Origin: a bacterium
GTDB lineage: Bacteria; SZUA-182; DTGQ01
Direction of reading: 5' to 3'
DNA length: 28,514 bases
Assembly (NCBI GenBank): GCA_040752695.1
Contig: JBFMGO010000081.1
Location: 1 to 28,514 of the forward strand
Of the stretch, positions 8,568-16,910 are shown one piece after another; positions within the stretch are counted from its first letter, which is position 1, and each line of letters starts with the position of its first letter. A model generated the notes under the pieces. The model had not been told where the DNA came from and ran no database searches. It saw nothing but the letters and a program-made list of their open reading frames with translations. Made by a program: the position numbers and the translations under genes.

Positions 8568-9328
8568 TTCATCATTTGACAGACAGGGGCCACTTTGGAG
8601 TCAACACCTGGTTTGGGCAACTTGACGGCCGCCTTAAGGTTATTTTTGTCCTTCTGGCTCTTATCATTAACCTCTACCGGAATTCTTTCCTTGCGTGCGG
8701 ATTCTTTGCCCTGCTGGCCTTGCTTTTCTTTTTTTCAGCAAGGGTTCCATTCAGGAGTCTGATAATCCGGCTGATTCCTCCGGCAGGAATAGCAGCCGTG
8801 GTACTCTGTATTCAGGGTGTTGTGATAAGAGGAAGCGTTGTGTACTCCCTCTCTTTCCCCTATGGCCTTACGTTGGCCGTTTCACGGGAAGGACTCATCC
8901 AGGGGGCGCTGCGGGCTTCGTCGATTCTGAGCGGAGCACTTTTAATTCTGGTCCTTGCCCTGACGACACCTATGCACCAGATGGTATCAGCGCTGACCTG
9001 GTTCCGGGTGCCTGGTCTTTTTCTCGATCTTTTTCTTTTCCTCTTTCGCTATCTCTTTCTCCTGGCTGAAGAAGCCAACCGTATCTATGAGGCCCAAAGG
9101 GTTCGCCTGGGCTATTGTGGATGGCGCCGGAGCCTGCGCTCTCTACAGACCCTTGGAGGAATGCTCTTTTTGAGGGCCTTTGACCGGGCAGAAAATGTGT
9201 ATCAGTCCATGCAGACTCGAGGCTATGGGGGGCAGAACATTGCAGTTATGGTGAATCCCTTGACCGGCAGGGATTATCTGTTTTTGCTCATGCTGCTTTC
9301 TTTGAATCTGGTAGGGCTTGTTATTTAA
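8561..9328 (+). CDS. cbiQ: ECF cobalt transporter T component
   Basis: LDGRLK, FRYLFLL.EE, AQRVRLG, LFLRAFDRAENVYQSMQTRGY. Confidence 0.93.
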   Translation: MLIHHLTDRGHFGVNTWFGQLDGRLKVIFVLLALIINLYRNSFLACGFFALLALLFFFSARVPFRSLIIRLIPPAGIAAVVLCIQGVVIRGSVVYSLSFPYGLTLAVSREGLIQGALRASSILSGALLILVLALTTPMHQMVSALTWFRVPGLFLDLFLFLFRYLFLLAEEANRIYEAQRVRLGYCGWRRSLRSLQTLGGMLFLRAFDRAENVYQSMQTRGYGGQNIAVMVNPLTGRDYLFLLMLLSLNLVGLVI

Positions 9329-9380
9329 TGGCAAGGAGCAGGGAACAGGGGAAAGGGCAGGTGGGGATGGTAGAGGGTAA

Positions 9381-9460
9381 GGTAAAGGATACCGAAGGGT
9401 ACAGAAAGGTACAGAGGGATGTATAAGAATGTAGAAGGATTCAGAAGGATAAAGAAGGAT
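9381..9460 (+). repeat. 10-bp purine-rich drifting tandem repeat x8 ending at the cbiO start
   Basis: ggtaaaggat accgaagggt acagaaaggt acagagggat gtataagaat gtagaaggat tcagaaggat aaagaaggAT(G). Confidence 0.85.
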
Positions 9461-10322
9461 GAAGGGACAGCCGTTATTAAGCGTGGAAAATATCAGCTAT
9501 ATTTACCCTGACCACACCCGCGCGCTGGAGGATGTTTCTTTGACCATTCGAAGGGGTGAGTTTTTTGCCGTCCTTGGGGCGAATGGCTCAGGGAAAACTA
9601 CCCTTTTGAAGATTCTCAACAGCCTCCTGAAACCTTCATCCGGCAAGGTATTATTAGAAGGAGCATCATTATCCTCTCTTGACAGGAATCTCCTTTTTTC
9701 CCGGATCTGTACGGTTTTTCAAGATCCCAATGATCAGCTCTTTGCTCCCACGGTAGAGCAGGACATCTCGTATGGTCCCTATAATCAGGGGCTATCCGAA
9801 TCCGAGGTTCGCCAGAGGGTGAAGAAGGCCCTTGCACTGGTTGATATGGGGTCATCGGCGCGAAAGTCAATCCATGCCCTGAGCTATGGACAGAAAAAAC
9901 GCATCTGCCTGGCCGGTGTTCTGGCCATGCAGCCCGAGGTTATCATTCTCGATGAACCGACCTCCGGCCTCGATCCCATGGGCGTCAGCGCTACTATGAG
10001 GTTGCTGAAGAAGCTGAACCAGGAAGAGGGGATCACCATGATCATGGCTACCCATATGGTGGATCTTGTCCCTTTGTTCATAAACCGGCTGGCTATCCTG
10101 CGCAAGGGGCGTATTTGCAGCGTGGGAACGCCGGAAGAAATTTTTCATAATGCGGATATGGTAAGGGATGCCAAGCTTCGCTTGCCCAGGGTAGCCCACT
10201 TGATGGAAATACTTAAGAAAGAGGATCACCTTGGCCTTGAAAAAATTCCCTTGACTATTGGAGAGGCAAGAAGAGTAATCGTGAATCTGATATCGAGGAA
10301 ATGGGAAGATGCCGATTCATGA
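9459..10322 (+). CDS. cbiO: ECF cobalt transporter ATPase
   Basis: Walker A GANGSGKTT, FQDPNDQLF, LSYGQKKR signature, LDEPT. Confidence 0.95.
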   Translation: MKGQPLLSVENISYIYPDHTRALEDVSLTIRRGEFFAVLGANGSGKTTLLKILNSLLKPSSGKVLLEGASLSSLDRNLLFSRICTVFQDPNDQLFAPTVEQDISYGPYNQGLSESEVRQRVKKALALVDMGSSARKSIHALSYGQKKRICLAGVLAMQPEVIILDEPTSGLDPMGVSATMRLLKKLNQEEGITMIMATHMVDLVPLFINRLAILRKGRICSVGTPEEIFHNADMVRDAKLRLPRVAHLMEILKKEDHLGLEKIPLTIGEARRVIVNLISRKWEDADS

Positions 10323-11673
10323 AAAGTCATCCATTCATGGGAAATCACCGGTTCATGAAAAGCCATCGTTTCATGAGAAGACGCCGCTTCATGGGCAGAT
10401 AACCGGAAAGTCGGGGCACCCTCAGCAATCACGACAACCACGCGGTGCAAATCTTCGGCCAGGCTATACGACAGGCTCCTGTGCAGCAGCGGCAGCCCGC
10501 GCCTGTGTGGAGCATTTGCTGCTGCAAAAAGATTTTGCAGTCACCAGCCTGCTCTTGCCATCGGGCGAGCGGCTTTTCCTTCATCCTGTCAATCCGCTCA
10601 TGGGCGAAAACTGGGCTGCCTGTGGAATTATCAAAGATGCTGGAGATGACCCCGATGTCACAGACGGGATCGAAATCCGGGCCAGGGTGGTAATGATCGA
10701 TTCGCAACCGGGACGTGATTCAGAACCAGGACTTGATTCGCGACCGGGAATTGATTTACAATCCGCAAATAGTACCAGGGGGAATAATACCGGGCTCGAT
10801 ACTATCGGGCTCGATATTATCGGGAGCAATGATATCGGGAGCAACGATATCTGGATTGTGGGCGGGGAGGGAGTGGGCCTGATTACCAAAGAGGGGCTGG
10901 AGCTTCCTCCGGGAGAGCCAGCCATAAATCCGGTTCCCCGCAGGATGATCCGGGATAATATCCGGGAGATATTAAAAGAGGCCAAGAGCTTTTCAGGCAG
11001 TGTCATGGTTGAGATTTCCGTTCCCCAGGGCAGAACAGTATCATTAAAAACCATCAACGCCCGTTTAGGCATTGTAGGCGGTATATCCATCCTGGGCACA
11101 ACCGGCCTGGTGGAGCCCATTTCAACCCTGGCCTGGCAGGATACCATTGTCGCCTGCCTTAAAGTAGCCAAAGCCTCAGGCTGCGAAGGTGTAGTACTCT
11201 CTCCCGGAAGATCAAGCGAGGCCGCAGCCAGAAGGATATTTCCCTGGTGGCCGGAAGAAGCCTTTATCATGATAGGCGATTATGTGGGGTTCTCCCTCGA
11301 TGAGGCCAGGAGACTCCATTTCCAGCAGATTATTATATCTGCCCAGTTTGCCAAATTGATAAAAATATCTCAAGGGTGCCTCCAAACGCATGTGCACCAT
11401 TCCCAGATAGATATGTCCTGGTTGTCCGAAATTGCCCATCAGACCGGGTATGGGAAGGAGACTCTCGCCTTTATAGCGCAGGCACACACTGCCCGCCAGA
11501 TTTATCAGTATTTGCGGGAGCGGTCAGACAGCCTCTTTTTCTCCACATTGGTTTACCGGATCTCGAAAGCCTTAGGGATAAGATGCATTCTTTTCTCCTA
11601 TGAAGGAGAAAAAATCGCAGATAGTCAGGAAGGAATGGAAGGGAATGGAATGGCAGGCCAGATCCAGATATAG
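10309..11673 (+). CDS. cbiD: Cobalt-precorrin-5B C1-methyltransferase with repeat-derived N-terminal tail and insertion
   Basis: LRPGYTTGSCAAAAA, KDAGDDPDVT, GGEGVG, PAINPVPRRMI, LGIVGGISILGTTG. Confidence 0.95.
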   Translation: MPIHEKSSIHGKSPVHEKPSFHEKTPLHGQITGKSGHPQQSRQPRGANLRPGYTTGSCAAAAARACVEHLLLQKDFAVTSLLLPSGERLFLHPVNPLMGENWAACGIIKDAGDDPDVTDGIEIRARVVMIDSQPGRDSEPGLDSRPGIDLQSANSTRGNNTGLDTIGLDIIGSNDIGSNDIWIVGGEGVGLITKEGLELPPGEPAINPVPRRMIRDNIREILKEAKSFSGSVMVEISVPQGRTVSLKTINARLGIVGGISILGTTGLVEPISTLAWQDTIVACLKVAKASGCEGVVLSPGRSSEAAARRIFPWWPEEAFIMIGDYVGFSLDEARRLHFQQIIISAQFAKLIKISQGCLQTHVHHSQIDMSWLSEIAHQTGYGKETLAFIAQAHTARQIYQYLRERSDSLFFSTLVYRISKALGIRCILFSYEGEKIADSQEGMEGNGMAGQIQI

Positions 11674-11720
11674 TCAAGATATAGTCAAGCCGGAGCCACG
11701 CCGGAGTCAAGGCGGATATA
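11666..11720 (+). repeat. 11-bp drifting tandem repeat across the cbiD stop
   Basis: agatatagtca x2, then agccggagcca / cgccggagtca / aggcggatata. Confidence 0.75.
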
Positions 11721-11786
11721 GTAAATAGTAAGGAAGAAGGGTGGGAAGGGCGAATCACATGAAGACCAGGTTGGAGAGTGAATTAA

Positions 11787-13118
11787 GTGAATGATATGAA
11801 AGCGTTAGGTGAGTGGTTACACATTGTGGGTATAAACCCTGTGGGTGAAAACCCTATGAGCCCTTGCCCCGAACAGGCGATTTTCAACCAGCAGTGGAAC
11901 GATCAGGGGAAGCAGGAGGGAAGCCAGCAGGGGGGCCATCAACGCTATTCTCCTTTTCTGCTCCATCCTTACTTACCTGATGATACCGTGCTTTTGGTCG
12001 GTGCGCAAAGGCTTCAGGGGCTTTTCCCGGGCTTCGGGGGGGAAAGGTTACTCCTCAAAGGGAATCTTGATTCCCTTATTGCTCAGCTCAAATCGTACCG
12101 GGGCAAGAGCGTGGTAGTTCTGGCTTCGGGTGATCCGAATTTTTATGGAATTGCCTCCACCTTGCTTCAGCACATTGACCCGCAGGAAATCGCTATTTAT
12201 CCTGCTGTAAGCTCTATGCAGTGGGCTTTTGCCAAAGCGAAAATTCCCTGGCATGATGCCAGCCTGATCAGCTTGCATGGAAGGCCGCTCCATCACCTGG
12301 CCAGAGTCTGGCCCAGCAGAAAGATTGGTATTTTTACCGATGGCTGCAATACACCGGCCCGAATCGCTGCCTTCCTGTTAGACCGGGGAGTCTGCCCAGA
12401 TGAATGCCGCTGTTTCCTCTTTGAAAATCTTGGTCAGAAGCATGAGAAAATGACTCAAGGCACACTTTCGGATCTTTCGAAAAGAGAGAGTGATCCTCTT
12501 AATATTTTACTCATCATGGGAGCAGGCCCAAAGAACCCCTTTAGCCGATATCCTGTGCCCGGACTGCCGGAAGAGGAGTTCTTCCATACCGCTGGCCTGA
12601 TTACGAAGCGCGAAGTTAGAACTGCCCTGCTTTCCTACCTGAGACCGCAAGAGGATTCAATTTTATGGGATATCGGGGCTGGAAGCGGCTCTGTCTCGAT
12701 AGAGGCTTCAAGGTTTATTCGATCCGGGATCATCCTGGCAGTAGAGAAAAAGCCTGCCGAAGTGGAAAATATCATTAAAAACCGTCAGAAATTCCAGACC
12801 CTCAACCTTGAGGTTATTTCAGGTGAGGCCCCCTCGATCCTGGCCGAACTTCCCGATCCTGACCGGATTTTCCTTGGCGGAAGCGGACGGTCTCTTGGCC
12901 CCAATCTGGAAACCTGCTGGCAGAGATTGAAAAAAGGCGGGCGGATAGGAGTGAATGTCATTACCCTGGAGAGTCTGGCCATAGCCAAAGAATTCTTATG
13001 TTCACAGGCTGCATCTTTCGATATGACGGCTATCCAGATTTCTCGAAAGAAAGACCTGGCAGGATTAACGGTTATGGAACCTTCTCCAGCCGTATATATT
13101 TTGGTTGGGGAAAAATAG
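11787..13118 (+). CDS. cbiET: Bifunctional cobalt-precorrin-7 C5-methyltransferase / precorrin-6B C15-methyltransferase (CbiE-CbiT fusion)
   Basis: VLASGDPNFYGI, PAVSSMQWAFA, SLHGR (CbiE); ITKREVR, WDIGAGSGSVSIE, PDRIFLGGS (CbiT). Start is GTG 11787 or ATG 11796. Confidence 0.93.
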   Translation: MNDMKALGEWLHIVGINPVGENPMSPCPEQAIFNQQWNDQGKQEGSQQGGHQRYSPFLLHPYLPDDTVLLVGAQRLQGLFPGFGGERLLLKGNLDSLIAQLKSYRGKSVVVLASGDPNFYGIASTLLQHIDPQEIAIYPAVSSMQWAFAKAKIPWHDASLISLHGRPLHHLARVWPSRKIGIFTDGCNTPARIAAFLLDRGVCPDECRCFLFENLGQKHEKMTQGTLSDLSKRESDPLNILLIMGAGPKNPFSRYPVPGLPEEEFFHTAGLITKREVRTALLSYLRPQEDSILWDIGAGSGSVSIEASRFIRSGIILAVEKKPAEVENIIKNRQKFQTLNLEVISGEAPSILAELPDPDRIFLGGSGRSLGPNLETCWQRLKKGGRIGVNVITLESLAIAKEFLCSQAASFDMTAIQISRKKDLAGLTVMEPSPAVYILVGEK

Positions 13119-13157
13119 GAAGCAGGAAGCAACCAATTAATAACAGGATGGAGAGGA

Positions 13158-13883
13158 TTGACAGGAAAGAAGAAGATGGCCGAAGGGATTTTTTATGGTA
13201 TTGGTATCGGACCGGGAGATCCGGAACTTATTACGATCAAGGGTTTGAGAATTCTCCAGCGTACACAGATCATCGCTTATCCAATATCTTGCAGAGGAGA
13301 GCGAAGCATGGCTCTTTCCATCGTGGAGAAAGCCATCGACCTTGCCGGAAAGGAAACGATCGAACTTTTCTTTCCCATGCGATACGAACCCGAAATGCTT
13401 TGGTTATCCTGGGAGGAAGCGATAAAAAGGATTATTACTCATCTTGGGCAGGGAGAGGATGTAGCCTTTATCACGATTGGGGATGTGTCTCTGTACTCTA
13501 CTTTTATCTATCTGTGTGAAATCATGCAGAGGAAATATCCGCACATCCAGGTGAGATTTGTGCCGGGAGTATCCTCTCTCAGTGCCTCTGCTGCCGCGGT
13601 ATCTCTCCCCATAGGCAAGGCAGATGAGCGGGTGGCTATCTTCCCGGCTACTGAGGACCGTGACAGGTTGCGAAAGACCCTGGAGGATTTTGATACGGTA
13701 GTACTGCTCAAAGTAAACCGGGTTTTTGCCCAGGTATACGAGATGCTCGAAGAAATGGGCATGCTCAATAAGGCTATCCTGTTTCAGCGGATCGGTACGG
13801 AACAAGAGAGGATTATCCATGATCTTTCTCCACTCACCGGCAGGGAAGTGGACTATATGTCACTCCTGATCGTGAAGAGGTGA
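13158..13883 (+). CDS. cbiL: Cobalt-precorrin-2 C20-methyltransferase (start TTG 13158 or ATG 13176)
   Basis: YGIGIGPGDPELITIK, FITIGDVSLYSTF, VPGVSS, VLLKV, YMSLLIV. Confidence 0.92.
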   Translation: MTGKKKMAEGIFYGIGIGPGDPELITIKGLRILQRTQIIAYPISCRGERSMALSIVEKAIDLAGKETIELFFPMRYEPEMLWLSWEEAIKRIITHLGQGEDVAFITIGDVSLYSTFIYLCEIMQRKYPHIQVRFVPGVSSLSASAAAVSLPIGKADERVAIFPATEDRDRLRKTLEDFDTVVLLKVNRVFAQVYEMLEEMGMLNKAILFQRIGTEQERIIHDLSPLTGREVDYMSLLIVKR

Positions 13884-13905
13884 GGGGAGGAAAAACCATC
13901 ATGAA

Positions 13906-13988
13906 CAGTATAATCAGAGCTGTATAACTGGAGCAGCATATTAGAGGGGCATAATCAGAGCAGTATAATCAGAGGGGTATAATTATAT
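13906..13988 (+). repeat. 14-bp degenerate tandem repeat x6 containing TATAAT copies
   Basis: cagtataatcagag / ctgtataactggag / cagcatattagag / gggcataatcagag / cagtataatcagag / gggtataattatat. Confidence 0.88.
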
Positions 13989-14553
13989 GAACGATGCTGA
14001 TTTCCGGGTTCTCGAGCCAAAAGAGAGGGTCGGTCTTATCGTTGTACTTACCGGTAATGGGAAAGGTAAGACCACTTCTGCCCTGGGTATGACCCTGCGC
14101 ATGGTTGGACATGGACTTAAGGTATGCCTTATCCACTTTATTAAAGGCTACCTTTATGCAGGCGAAATGGATAGTCTCAAGCGGCTGTCGCCTGAAGTAG
14201 AGGCTCATTTTACCGGTAAAGGCTATTGTGGGCTGGGAGGCAATCCATACCCCTGGGAGGAGCACAGAGAAAAAGCCCAGGAGGCCATGAAACTGGCCTT
14301 TGAGAAAATGGCTTCAAACTCTTTTGACCTTCTCGTTCTCGATGAAATCCATAATGCCGTCAAATTGAAATTGGTCGATCTGGACCAATTGCTTGAGCTC
14401 ATTGACAAAAAACCCCCCCACCTTCACCTTGTTCTGACTGGCCGGGACGCCCATCCTGAAGTGATTGAAAGAGCCCACACGGTTACTGAAATGAGAGAAA
14501 TTAAACATTCCCTCCGGCAGAAAATAGAACCGCAAAAGGGTATTGACTATTGA
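13987..14553 (+). CDS. cobO: Cob(I)yrinic acid a,c-diamide adenosyltransferase (CobO/BtuR family)
   Basis: TGNGKGKTTSALG, FIKG, LVLDEI, VLTGR, VTEM..IKH, QKGIDY. Confidence 0.95.
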   Translation: MNDADFRVLEPKERVGLIVVLTGNGKGKTTSALGMTLRMVGHGLKVCLIHFIKGYLYAGEMDSLKRLSPEVEAHFTGKGYCGLGGNPYPWEEHREKAQEAMKLAFEKMASNSFDLLVLDEIHNAVKLKLVDLDQLLELIDKKPPHLHLVLTGRDAHPEVIERAHTVTEMREIKHSLRQKIEPQKGIDY

Positions 14554-14569
14554 CAGATAGTGTATCTTA

Positions 14570-14648
14570 TAGAGTAACTCCTGTAGAGTAACTCCTGAGC
14601 AAGACCAGGTAAGTTATGACAATAAGTTACGAGGATAAATTATGAGGA
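14570..14648 (+). repeat. Perfect 14-bp duplication plus 13-bp x3 repeat overlapping the cbiF start
   Basis: tagagtaactcctg x2 (14570-14597); taagttatgacaa / taagttacgagga / taaattATGagga (14610-14648). Confidence 0.85.
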
Positions 14649-15487
14649 AAGGTAAGGTTTATTTTATCGGTGCAGGGCCAGGTGATCCTGAGCTGATTAC
14701 GGTCAAGGGCAAGAGGATCTTATCCGAGGCTGAGACAGTGGTTTATGCCGGCTCCCTGGTTAATCCGGCATTGCTCGTCTTTGCTCCGAAGCAAGCCACA
14801 ATATACGATAGTGCATCCATGACCCTTGATGAAATTACCAGCATTCTTATTATGGCAGCCCAGGAGGGAAAGACGGCAGTCAGGCTCCACTCCGGCGATC
14901 CTTCTCTCTATGGGGCCATTCAGGAGCAAATAGCTCCTTTAGTCGAGGCAGGAATTTCTTTTGAAATAGTGCCGGGTGTAAGCTCGGTTTTTGGCAGTGC
15001 TGCTTCCCTGCGTCAGGAGTTGACCTTACCTGAGGTCTCCCAAACCCTCATTCTAACCCGTAGAGGCGGGAGGACAAAGGTACCTGCCTCGGAATCCCTG
15101 CCAAATCTGGCCAAAGCAGGAGCAACGATGGCTATTTTTTTGAGTATTCCAGCTATTCAAGAGGTAGTGGATGATCTTTTGGCCGGAGGATACCGGAAAG
15201 AAACGCCGGTTGCTGTAGTTCAAAGAGCCACCTTTCCAGATGAGCGCATAGTGCGTGGCAGTCTGGAGAATATCGCCGACCTTGTCCATGCAGCCGGTAT
15301 CCAAAAAATGGCCTTGATTCTGGTGGGAGAAGTATTGAATGCCTCGGCTAACCTGGAAGATGAGGGTATTCCCGAAACTATTCCCTCTCAGCTCTATAGT
15401 CCGGGGTTTAGCCATGAGTATAGAAAGGGAGCCCGTGAAGAGCAGACCCGTGAAGAACAGAGCCGTGAAAAGCAAACCAGCAAATAG
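14642..15487 (+). CDS. cbiF: Cobalt-precorrin-4 C11-methyltransferase
   Basis: VYFIGAGPGDPELITVKG, YAGSLV, RLHSGDPSLYGAI.EQ, ELTLPEVSQT, SQLYSPGFSHEYR. Confidence 0.95.
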   Translation: MRKGKVYFIGAGPGDPELITVKGKRILSEAETVVYAGSLVNPALLVFAPKQATIYDSASMTLDEITSILIMAAQEGKTAVRLHSGDPSLYGAIQEQIAPLVEAGISFEIVPGVSSVFGSAASLRQELTLPEVSQTLILTRRGGRTKVPASESLPNLAKAGATMAIFLSIPAIQEVVDDLLAGGYRKETPVAVVQRATFPDERIVRGSLENIADLVHAAGIQKMALILVGEVLNASANLEDEGIPETIPSQLYSPGFSHEYRKGAREEQTREEQSREKQTSK

Positions 15488-15550
15488 TAAACCAGCAAAT
15501 AGTAACCCAGGGAATAGTAAACCAGCAAATAGCAAACCAGTGCAAAGAGT
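15431..15550 (+). repeat. 15-bp drifting tandem repeat x8 crossing the cbiF stop
   Basis: gcccgtgaagagcag / acccgtgaagaacag / agccgtgaaaagcaa / accagcaaatagtaa x2 / cccagggaatagtaa / accagcaaatagcaa / accagtgcaaagagt. Confidence 0.9.
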
Positions 15551-15552
15551 GC

Positions 15553-16881
15553 ATGCGAAAAGAGCACTTGAATCAAGAGGAGATGAAGCTGAAGGTGAAA
15601 GGGGAAGGTAGAAAAGAGCTTGCTATTTACGCACTCACGCCCGGAGGCGAGGCCCTGGCTCTAATTCTGGGCCGTGAATTCCCCCATGCCGAGATTTTTC
15701 TCCCATCATTCAGTTCAGTGTCTGGCTCCGTCTCTGGCTCAGTGTCTGGCTCAGTCTCCTGCTCTGCATCCGGTACCATTCCCTTGAGTGTCGCACCTGG
15801 CGTCTCCTTATTCCCGGGTGGTATATCAAGCCCCTTGGGCAGTGCTGAGCCTCCTGATACATCGAGTGTTGAATCCAGCATCAAGGTTCGGATACGATTC
15901 TTTTCCGAAGGGATAGGAAAGGTAGTAGGCCACAATTTTCACCTCTTCAGGTCACACGTTTTTATCATGGCCACAGGGATCGTGGTAAGGAGTATAGCCC
16001 CATATCTCACGGATAAATGGAATGATCCGGCCGTGGTAGTGCTGGATGAAAAAGGAACCTATGCTATAAGCCTTCTTTCCGGGCATTGGGGAGGGGCGCA
16101 CGATCTCGCACGGGAGATTGCCCATAAGATCGGGGCATTTTCTGTTATTACGACTGCTACCGATGTAGGCAATAAGACAGCCGTCGAAGTCTGGGCCAAA
16201 AGACAGGGTTTCCGTCTGGAAAATACTTCCCGGGTCACAGCCTTTAACGCTGCTTTGGTAAGGAATATTCCTCTCTTGTGCTGGAGCGAGTATCCGGAAT
16301 ACCTCACCGCCCTCCCCCAGGGTATGATCGCGTGGAATGATGGCAAGATCGTATGTGACAAGGGCAAAATGGCATGGGATGAGGATATCAGGGCATGGCA
16401 GAGAGACAGCTCTCATCCTGTGGATTTTCTGGTAGTTATTTCTCCTCGTACTGATCTTCCGCAGTGGCCTGTTGAACACCTTTTGCTCCTGAGACCGCCG
16501 GTTCTCTGTCTTGGCCTTGGCTGTAACAGGGGTACTTCAGGGGAGGAGATCTATAACTGTGTCAAAGAGACACTGGAGGAGCATGGATACTCGATATTCT
16601 CCCTGGCCCTCCTGGGCACGATCGACCTTAAGGCTGACGAGCCGGGATTACTGGCTTTTGCTCGAAGGCTTGAGCTTGAGATTCGCTTTTTTCGAAAGGA
16701 AGAATTAAATCGCGTTGATCCTCCCAGCGCACCATCAAGCTATGTAAAGAATACACTCGGAGTAAAAGGAGTTTCAGAATGTGCAGCCATGCTTCTTTCG
16801 GGCAACAGGAATCTTGTGATTACCAAGGTCAAACGGGGCAATGTAACCATAGCCCTGGCTCAGAAACCAGCCCGAAAATAG
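15553..16881 (+). CDS. cbiG: Cobalt-precorrin-5A hydrolase (start may be 15583 or 15595)
   Basis: FIMATGIVVRSIAP, DKWNDPAVVVLDE, ISLLSGHWGGA, VITTATD, LGLGCNRG, KADEPGL, GVSECAAM. Confidence 0.93.
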   Translation: MRKEHLNQEEMKLKVKGEGRKELAIYALTPGGEALALILGREFPHAEIFLPSFSSVSGSVSGSVSGSVSCSASGTIPLSVAPGVSLFPGGISSPLGSAEPPDTSSVESSIKVRIRFFSEGIGKVVGHNFHLFRSHVFIMATGIVVRSIAPYLTDKWNDPAVVVLDEKGTYAISLLSGHWGGAHDLAREIAHKIGAFSVITTATDVGNKTAVEVWAKRQGFRLENTSRVTAFNAALVRNIPLLCWSEYPEYLTALPQGMIAWNDGKIVCDKGKMAWDEDIRAWQRDSSHPVDFLVVISPRTDLPQWPVEHLLLLRPPVLCLGLGCNRGTSGEEIYNCVKETLEEHGYSIFSLALLGTIDLKADEPGLLAFARRLELEIRFFRKEELNRVDPPSAPSSYVKNTLGVKGVSECAAMLLSGNRNLVITKVKRGNVTIALAQKPARK

Positions 16882-16910
16882 AAACAGGAAAAATACCAGA
16901 AACAGGAAAG

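Noticed and set aside
10581..11270. 229-aa antisense ORF within cbiD
   Set aside because: Shadow frame of a well-supported gene; no motifs.
11650..11673. MAGQIQI* at the cbiD end as a relic cbiE start or frameshift
   Set aside because: cbiET has its own intact N-terminal WLHIVG segment downstream; no slippery site seen.
15053..15611. ORFs with LLFAG and NSKPA repeats (15053-15535 minus, 15339-15611 plus)
   Set aside because: Alternative-frame readings of the 15-bp array overlapping cbiF and cbiG; no independent support.
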